Positions 54,799-64,000 of a DNA stretch of 64,000 bases are shown in pieces. How positions within the stretch are numbered: position 1 is the stretch's first letter; every line of letters starts with the position of its first letter. The translations under genes and the position numbers were made by a program. The DNA is from the human T2T-CHM13v2.0 reference genome, Homo sapiens. The notes under the pieces were generated by a model. It worked only from the letters and a program-made list of their open reading frames with translations. It was not told the origin of the DNA and did not search any database. The stretch lies in NCBI RefSeq assembly GCF_009914755.1, contig NC_060937.1; one strand, given 5' to 3'.

Positions 54799-55169
54799 TA
54801 GCTGGCTGTGTTATCTGAGTTAGCCATATATCCTTGGAAAGGTTTCTTTAGTCTTGGATTACTCATCAAGAGGAGTACTAATTACATGATAATGTAATGA
54901 TCCTTATGTTTCAGGGTAGCTGTGAAGATAAAAATAGTGTATAATAAATTCTAGCACAGAGCCTGATTTTCAATAAACATAGTTGCTAAATAACGGGAGC
55001 TACTATTACCAACACAATGAAAGATGTCGAAGGCTGAAAATTCTATGACTCACTAGACATAGCCGTAATAAATGCCATATTATATTTTGATGAAGCCACA
55101 GTAACCAATACAAAGTGACTTCCTCTTATTTCAGAAGCCAAAGGGCAAGAAAGCTTAACCATCTAAAGC

Positions 55170-55362
55170 AATGGTGTCCAATCTTTTGGCTTCCCTGGAC
55201 CACACATAAAATACACTAACACTAATGATAGCTGAAGCTCTAAAAAAATTGCAAAAAATCCATAATGTTTTCAGTGAGTTTACAAATTTGTGTTGGGCAG
55301 AATTCAAAGTTGTCCTGGGCCATATCCATGCAGTCTGTGGGCCTCAGGTTGGACGAGCTTGA
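55170..55362. mobile_element. MER30-like DNA transposon fossil
   Basis: gtgtccaatcttttggcttccctgg...ggttggacgagcttg. Confidence 0.75.
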
Positions 55363-55367
55363 TCTAA

Positions 55368-55751
<384 letters not shown>

Positions 55752-56574
55752 TAAGAATCTCCACATTTCAGTCTACTGCATGGTTCTTCTGTCATTTTCT
55801 TTTAAATCCTTTGCTCTTTTACATGCGTGTATTTGTTCTCCCATTAAATTGAAATGTTTAGGTCAAAGCATATCTTTTAATTATTTTAATGTTCTACTAC
55901 TTTATGGAGCTTACTATAAACAATTATCTTTCACATTTTCACTAAAAAACGTTACTTTCAAAAATATATGGATACATACACACACACGTATCTGATGAGG
56001 CACACCTGAAAATTTATTTTAACTCTTGACAAATATTGATTTTAAGCTCTTAACAATTTATAATTAACCTCATAAAAACATATTTAAGTAAGCATTTAAA
56101 ACATAAAATAATTTCCCTGTTTTCATGCTACCACATATTATTTTAATTCATGAATTATCTCATTTACTTTTTTACAATTGTTAATTCAGAGAATTAGAAA
56201 TAAACAAGAAAAGTGGGTCATGGTTACTCTACCTTAATAACCTCTGTTAATATATTTAGTAATACATGAATAAGACTAGACAATTTCAATCAGTTTAGAA
56301 AGGTACAAAATGGAAAATGGAAGCCTTCCTTCCACTGGAATGCCATCCTGAAAAAAAATCTAAATTTATATGTATCTCTCCATTTCATGCACGTAAGTGA
56401 TCTCATCATACATACATAATATAGCTTGCTTTTTCACAGAGTATATTGTGGAATTATTTCCATGTTAGCATTTAAATCTCCTTCATAGCAGATAACACTT
56501 GCATAGTATTCTGCTGAATGAATGAGTGCATGATAGTTTATTTGTTCAGTCCTGTATTGATAGACACTCTGGTT

Positions 56575-56710
56575 GTCTCTCTTTCCTCCTCCCTCCCTTA
56601 GTCTCTCCTTCCTTCCATCCTTTCTCTCTCTCTCTCTCTCTTTCTGCCTTTCTCCCTTCCTTCCTTCCTTTCTCTTTCTTTCTCTCTCTATCTCTATTTT
56701 TCTCTCTATT
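56575..56710. repeat. CT-rich low-complexity tract
   Basis: (CT)n and (CCTT)n runs. Confidence 0.88.
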
Positions 56711-56789
56711 ACAAACCATGGTAGATAAATATCTTTGTTCATATACTGTGGGAAGTTTTTGCATTATATCCATAGTAAATGCCTAACAG

Positions 56790-57105
56790 GAAGAGTGTCA
56801 TGTTATGAGGACACTCAGATAGCCCTGTGGGAGGGACCATTTGGTGAGAAATTGAGCCTCATTTTAGTAAGTAGCATATGCCAGCCATGTGAGTGAGCCA
56901 CCTCGAAGTGAATCCTCCAGCACCAATTAAGCTTTCAGATGACTGCAGTCCTAGGTAATATCTGATTGCAGCTTCATGAGAGACCCTGAGCCTAAACCGC
57001 CTAGCCAAGTCACTCTTGATTTCCTGACTCACAGAAGTTATGATTTTTTTTAATATACTAGTTTTGGGGAAATATGTTAAGCAATATCAGATAACTAAAA
57101 TACTT
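56790..57105 (+). mobile_element. MLT1F/G-type MaLR LTR fragment
   Basis: ccagccatgtgagtgagcca...ttcagatgactgcag...gcaatatcagataactaaaataca-like end. Confidence 0.65.
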
Positions 57106-57116
57106 ACGGCTTGGAA

Positions 57117-57328
57117 CAGTGGTTGTCAACCCCGGACAATTTTGCCCCTCAGGGACAATGGCAATGTCTGGAGACATTTTGATCGTTCCAACTGGGGAGG
57201 ATGCTACTGGCATTTAGTAGGTAGAGGCCAGTAATGCTGCTAAACATCCTACAGTGAACAGAATAGTTCCCAACAACAACAAAATATGCAGCCCCAAATG
57301 TCAATGGTGCCAAAGTTAAGAAATCCTG
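57117..57328. mobile_element. MER20
   Basis: cagtggttgtcaacc...ggcaatgtctggagacatttt...gttaagaaatcctg, near full length. Confidence 0.85.
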
Positions 57329-57336
57329 AATCCTAG

Positions 57337-58260
<924 letters not shown>

Positions 58261-58439
58261 CATATCTTTTTTAATTTTGGATTTTTAATCACCTTTACAG
58301 GCAGCGGTAATTGATGAAGTAAGTCCTGACCAACATAAAAACACATTTTTGCAATGAGGTGCTAAAGAGTCACACAACTTTTGCAAGCTAGTTGAATTCC
58401 AAGATCCTGTCCTTTTTGGAGTTTTGGAAAACAATATGT

Positions 58440-60080
58440 GAAATAGGTTATTATTTTAATTCTAACACTTTTTCTATAGATCCTTCTGGATTATCTAGGG
58501 ACACATTGCATCACCTATCAAAAAGTGTAAATTTTAAAAATTCTCTCTAATCTTTATGACTTTTTTCTTAGTTTATTATTCTGGTTTGAGCTTCTAGTGA
58601 AATATTGAATAGCAGTGTTAGTGGATAGTTTTTGTCTTATTCTTGATGTCAAGGAGAAAGTTTTAAATATTTCCTTAGGTGTGATGTTTGTCATAGGGTT
58701 TTTTTTTGTATATACTCTCAATCCAATTAAGGAAATCCCCTTTTATTCAAATTGCTAAGAGTTTACTTGTTTCTTTAATCATGAATGGATATTGGATTTT
58801 ATCATCGGCTTTTTCTCAATCTATAGAAAAGCTCACATGGGAGAAAGAATAGTCCTTTTAGCAAATGGTGTGGGAGACAACTGAATATCCACATTTAAGA
58901 CAATAAAACTGGATCCCTACCTAACATCCATACACAAAAATTAGCTCAAGGTACAAGATAGGCTTTAATATAAGTGCTGAAACTATAAAATTTTATTAGG
59001 CCTGTGCAAAAGTAATTGCGATTTTTGCCATTACTTTCAATGGCAAAACCTGCAATTACTTTTGTGCCAATGTAATAGAAGAAAACACAGGAATAAATTT
59101 TTGTGATCTAGGTTGGGTAATAATTTCTTGAATAAGGCACCAAAAGCACAAATAATAAAAAAGGAAATTGATAAGTTGTATCTCATCAAATTAAGATTAA
59201 TTGTGCTTCAAAGGATGCCATTGAGAAAGTGAAAAGACAAGCAAAAGTAGGAAAAAATATTTTCCAATAAATTGTTAGGACTAGTATCCAGAATATATAA
59301 AGAATTCTTACAACTCAATATCACTAGTCACTAGGAAATGGAAAGCCAAATCTCAATGAGGTATCATATCACACTGAGTAGGATGGATAAGATAAAAAAG
59401 ACAGACCATAATGAGTGTTAGTCAGGATGTGAAGAATACTGGAGCCCCTCATACAGTGCTGGTGGGAATGAAAAATGGGGCAGTCACTTCGGAAAACTAT
59501 TTGACAGTTTCTCAAAACATTAAACATAGAGTTAACCATAAGAACAATCTACTCCTAGGTATCTTCCTAAGGAAAGTGAAAACATACATCCACACAAAAA
59601 CTCTCACATGAAAATTCACAGAGACATTTTTCATAAAAGCCAAAAATTTGAAACTACCTAAATAGCCATCTGACGAATGAATAAAATATGGGAGATCCAT
59701 ATAATGGATTATTATTTGGCAATAATAGGGAATGAAACACTGATACAAGCTACAAAATAGATGAACCTTGAAAAATTATGCTAAGTGAAAGAAGTCAGGC
59801 ATGAAATGTTACATATTGTATAATTCTGTTTATATGAAATGTCCAAACTGGCATATCTATAGAGACAGAGAGCAGATTTGTGGTTTCCTAGGGTGGTAGA
59901 GAGGGGAAAATGGGGAGTGCTAGTGGGTACAGTTTTCTTCTTAAAGTAATGAAAATGTCTTAAAATTAGATGATGGTGATATTTGCCAACTCTGTAAATG
60001 AACTAAAAGCTGTCATATTTTATACTTTTAATAGGTGAAGTTTATGGCCTGTAAATTATATCTAAATAAAGATTTTAAAA
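58440..60080. mobile_element. Old L1M fragments (minus ~58440-58835, plus ~58840-60080)
   Basis: aaactggatccctacct, gtatccagaatatataaagaa and atgaaccttgaaaaaattatgctaagtgaaagaag L1 motifs. Confidence 0.72.
58996..59075. mobile_element. Full-length MADE1 (Hsmar1-derived MITE)
   Basis: 80-bp palindromic element flanked by TA on both sides. Confidence 0.88.
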
Positions 60081-60159
60081 ATTAATATAAATTTGTATTT
60101 TTTATTACTTAAACATTTTGTCTATTTATCTCCAATTTACTTTTTAAAATAAACAGCTT

Positions 60160-60465
60160 TATTTTTTTTTTTTCAATTTTAAGATAGGGCCTTGCTCCAT
60201 CACCCAGGCTAGAGTAGAGGGCAGTGGCATGATTATGACTTACCGCAGGCTTGAGCTCAAGTGATACTCCCACCTCAACCTTCCAAGTAGCTGGGACCAC
60301 AGGCATGCCACCACACTCGACTAGTTTTCGTATTTTTTTTTTTTTTTTGTAGAGACAGGGTCTCGCTATGTTGCCCAGGCTGGTCTTTAACTCCTGAACT
60401 CGAGATCCCCCTGCCTAAGCCTCCCAAAGTGCTGGGAATACAGGTGTGAGCCACCATACCTGGCC
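60160..60465 (-). mobile_element. AluJ
   Basis: Diverged reverse dimer. Confidence 0.85.
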
Positions 60466-61949
60466 TAAAAAACAGATTTGAGATGAAACTTGCATGCCAT
60501 TCAATTCATTCATTTAAAGTGTACAGTTCAGTGTTTTTTAGTATATTTACAGAGTTGTGCAACCATCACCACAATTTAGCTTTAGAGTATTTTCATCTCC
60601 CCAAAAATTAACCTGTACCATGAACTGACACTCCCCATTCCCTCTTCCCAACACTCCTCTTCCCAGAACCACTCATCTACTTTCTATCTCTATTGATTTA
60701 CCTATTTGGGAGATTTCACATAAAGAGGTCATACAATATGTGGTATTTCATGACCGCTCCTGACTTGGCATGTTATCATCGTCATTCCTTTTAATTGTAC
60801 ATATTTGCAAGCTCTACATTATATTATTGCTTTGTATATATGCAAATTCATTTGGATATATACACCTTAGGTAAACCTTTGATATTTTAATTTTGGTTAC
60901 ACTGAACTTAAATTTATCTGTGAAAGAGAAAAGACATCTTACAATATTGAGTCTTCCTGTTGAAGAGAACAATATATTTTTTCATTGATTTAAGTTTTAT
61001 GTTCTCCCAGTAGCATTTTAAAGTTTTCTTCATCTAGGTTCTCTGTATTTTTTGTTGAATTCATACCTAGATATTGCTGCTTTTTGTATATTTTTTTCTT
61101 TTGGATAGTTGGGCCTTCTCTTCTTCATTAGAGTAGAGATGAGTGGTTTTGTCAGTGCTTTCTTTATGTGACCTCTGTAATAGGTAATTTTCCCTTAAGT
61201 CTGATATACAATATAACTATGTACATAGACATATATGAAACAAGGAAAATTTATGACAAGAGCCAAATAGTGTTTCTGACAAATAATTCACAGAAGCCCA
61301 GCGATTTTATTTTGATCCAAATTTTAAAAACTGAGAAAAGAAAGAAAAAAAGCAATGATGTTTGTTTTCCAGAGTTTCCCGGGAAGTTTTTTCAACTTGT
61401 TACTTTTTTATCCATTACTTTACAGCTACATGGGCTCTGGTCCATTTGTGTCAGGGCCAAGTTCATCTTGTTTTGAGGCCTGTACACTTACACACTTTCT
61501 TCTGCCTGGGAATGATTTCTCCTCACATTCTGATTCTCCTTCAAATCTCAGTTTAAGTGTCAACTCCTCTCCAAACCTCCCTGAGTGAAGTGGGCCTTTC
61601 CCTCCATTTTCTTTCACTGTACTACTTCATCCCCTGAGCACTCATCACAACCTAATAACATCTATTAACAGCTTTGTCTGTTTCAGACACACAATGTAGA
61701 TTCTCCAATGCCTACCAGAGTACCTGGCACATACTATGCCTTCAATAAATAATTTTCAAAAAAATGAATTCAGATAAGGCAAATGTAATTTAAACTTTCA
61801 GTTAACTTATATTGAATGTATATGCCAGGCACAAGTCATGGTGTATTTTACATACTACATTTGGTTGTCATCTAATTAGCTCTGAAGGTCGCAGATCCAT
61901 AATTCCAAAGTCCTCTCTAATCCTATAAATTTTCTCCTTCTACCTGAGG

Positions 61950-62500
61950 GTCTTGTCCCGCCCCCCACATCTTCTCCGCCCCTCACGCTTCTGAGAGCCC
62001 AAGCAGGGTTACCCGGCGAAGACTTCCGGGGCCGATGCGCATGCGCGGCCGATTTGCACATGCGCAATACTCGCGCTGCCTCCGTGGTCCCTGCCTGGCT
62101 GAGGTGGCAGCAGGGGGCGGGACGCGCAGCGCTATGGCAGAGGGCAGCGGGGAAGTGGTCGCAGTGTCTGCGACCGGGGCTGCCAACGGCCTCAACAATG
62201 GGGCAGGCGGGACCTCGGCGACGACCTGCAACCCGCTGTCGCGCAAGCTGCATAAGATCCTGGAGACGCGGCTGGACAACGACAAGGTAACCGGGGCTGG
62301 CGGGGCCGGAGTCACAGGTTCCTGCGGGGCTGAGCCGGGCCAGGGGCGGCGTCTGTCAGGGACCCACCGCGGTCTCCCTCGTCCCGGCAGCAGAGGGACC
62401 GCGAGTGACCCCAGACCTGCGGGCTCCGCTGCTCTGCGGGCGCCGGGGGCGGTGAGAAGGGGGAGCCCCAGCAACCTCCGGAAAAGCGAAGGGGTTTCCT
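61950..62500 (+). promoter_or_regulatory. COG6 CpG-island promoter with GC boxes, an ETS/GABP site and two NRF1 sites
   Basis: CCGCCCC at ~61958 and ~61976; ACTTCCGG at 62022-62029; TGCGCATGCGCG at 62036-62047; TGCACATGCGCA at 62055-62066. Confidence 0.88.
62134..62286 (+). CDS. COG6: Conserved oligomeric Golgi complex subunit 6, coding exon 1 (153 nt, phase 0)
   Basis: [51 protein letters not shown]; start gctATGG; donor AAG|GTAACC at 62287. Confidence 0.96.
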
Positions 62501-63439
62501 GGGTGTTCTCTCCACCTGAAAAGGTGCCTTCAAGGCTCTCTGGATGGGATTGGTGAACGGTGGTGCCTCGAGAAGTGTCCTCCAAACACCCCTGGAGGCG
62601 TTTGGCTGTGTGAGCTGGGAGAGTGGAGGAGAGCACAAGACTGGATATGAAACAGATGCAAAAGAGCAGATTCCAAGATAAGGTAGCGCAAATGGGGGTC
62701 GGGAGACCAAGAGAGCAGTGGTAGGGATAAGGGTGCATTTCCACGGACAAGTGACAACAATTGCAATAATTTGCAGCGCGAAAGAACTACCTTTGCCCGT
62801 GGCTGAAATGAACTCATATCTACTAGTTTTTGTTGAGCCAAGCGCTATGATTTGTGGGCTCAGGCTGTATTTCTTTAGAAGATAAACTGACAGCATGCTC
62901 TCACAAGTACCTCCTGAAACTTAAGTTGGACTTTACAGCTCCTCACATACCCAGCCATCTCTTCTGTCTCTGTGGGTCGCTAGGTAAATTGGTCATGACA
63001 GTGTAACATAAAGAAGAACATATGTCAAAGTTAGAGAGTTTTATAGGTGAATATGTAGGTAACTGAAAATAAGCTGTCGATAACAATTTGATTCCGATAT
63101 GTAAAAAAATAACATTGCAATGTAATGAATAAGAAATTAGGGCTCTGGAGACTACCACTTATTAGATAGAACCACTAAATGTGTGCATCATGATTTGAGT
63201 AAGTCCCTTCACTAATCTCAGCTTCTGTTTAGGAATTAGGAATCCTGCTGTTAAGTTTCTCATGGTTGTTATTTGAGGACTCAGTGAGAGACTCCAGGTA
63301 AAGTCCTTTGCAAAGAGCCTGGCACTTACTCTTTCTTAACAAATATTAATTTTATCATAAAATTTATGAAGTGTTTAATGTGTCTCATATTGATATTTAT
63401 TATATCATTTAAGACTGCTACTTGCTCTGATATAGATAA

Positions 63440-63738
<299 letters not shown>

Positions 63739-64000
63739 ACATAACCTTCTTTTTACCATGAGGAAAATAAAGCATGGAGAGAGTGCAGCTAGGTTGTCAT
63801 ATAACTAGTAACTGGTGGAACTGTAATTTGCATCTGAGTCTGTGATTTCATTCGTTCAACATTACTGATTACTTCTTTGAACCAGACCTTAGGACATTTC
63901 AAGGCTATAGTCTAAAGAAACTGCTTCACTTCATGGGTTTTTTTTTTCTGTACAGTAAGTATTTATAGTTGTAAACATATTTTTGCTTCCTCTGAAATAT

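Noticed and set aside
61876-62896. Antisense ORFs of 125-255 aa and the 173-aa read-through ORF at COG6
   Set aside because: GC-rich artefacts. The real coding exon ends at the GT donor at 62287.

Overview
Repeat-rich primate genomic DNA, most likely human. It holds the 5' ends of two divergently oriented genes. On the minus strand is LHFPL6/LHFP, with a non-coding exon 1 in a CpG island (~9.2-9.9 kb) and the first coding exon (7301-7859). On the plus strand is COG6, with a CpG-island promoter and coding exon 1 (62134-62286). The ~52 kb between them is mostly Alu, L1, L2/MIR, MaLR/ERV1 LTRs and DNA-transposon fossils, and most ORFs in the supplied track are repeat-derived or GC-rich artefacts. 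I see no evidence for a new multi-gene system. The most interesting observations are: (1) a stack of uORFs in the LHFPL6 leader, including a strong-context AUG whose reading frame is set by the exon1/exon2 splice junction and a stop/start-coupled 101-codon ORF overlapping the CDS; (2) a perfect 25-bp-arm palindrome inside an old L1; (3) an Alu with a twin-priming-type 5' inversion; (4) a decayed ERV env transmembrane remnant with a MER41/LTR22 chimera inside it; (5) candidate CTCF sites and an old 68-bp duplicated element. Repeat subfamily names and boundaries come from recall of consensus sequences and are approximate.
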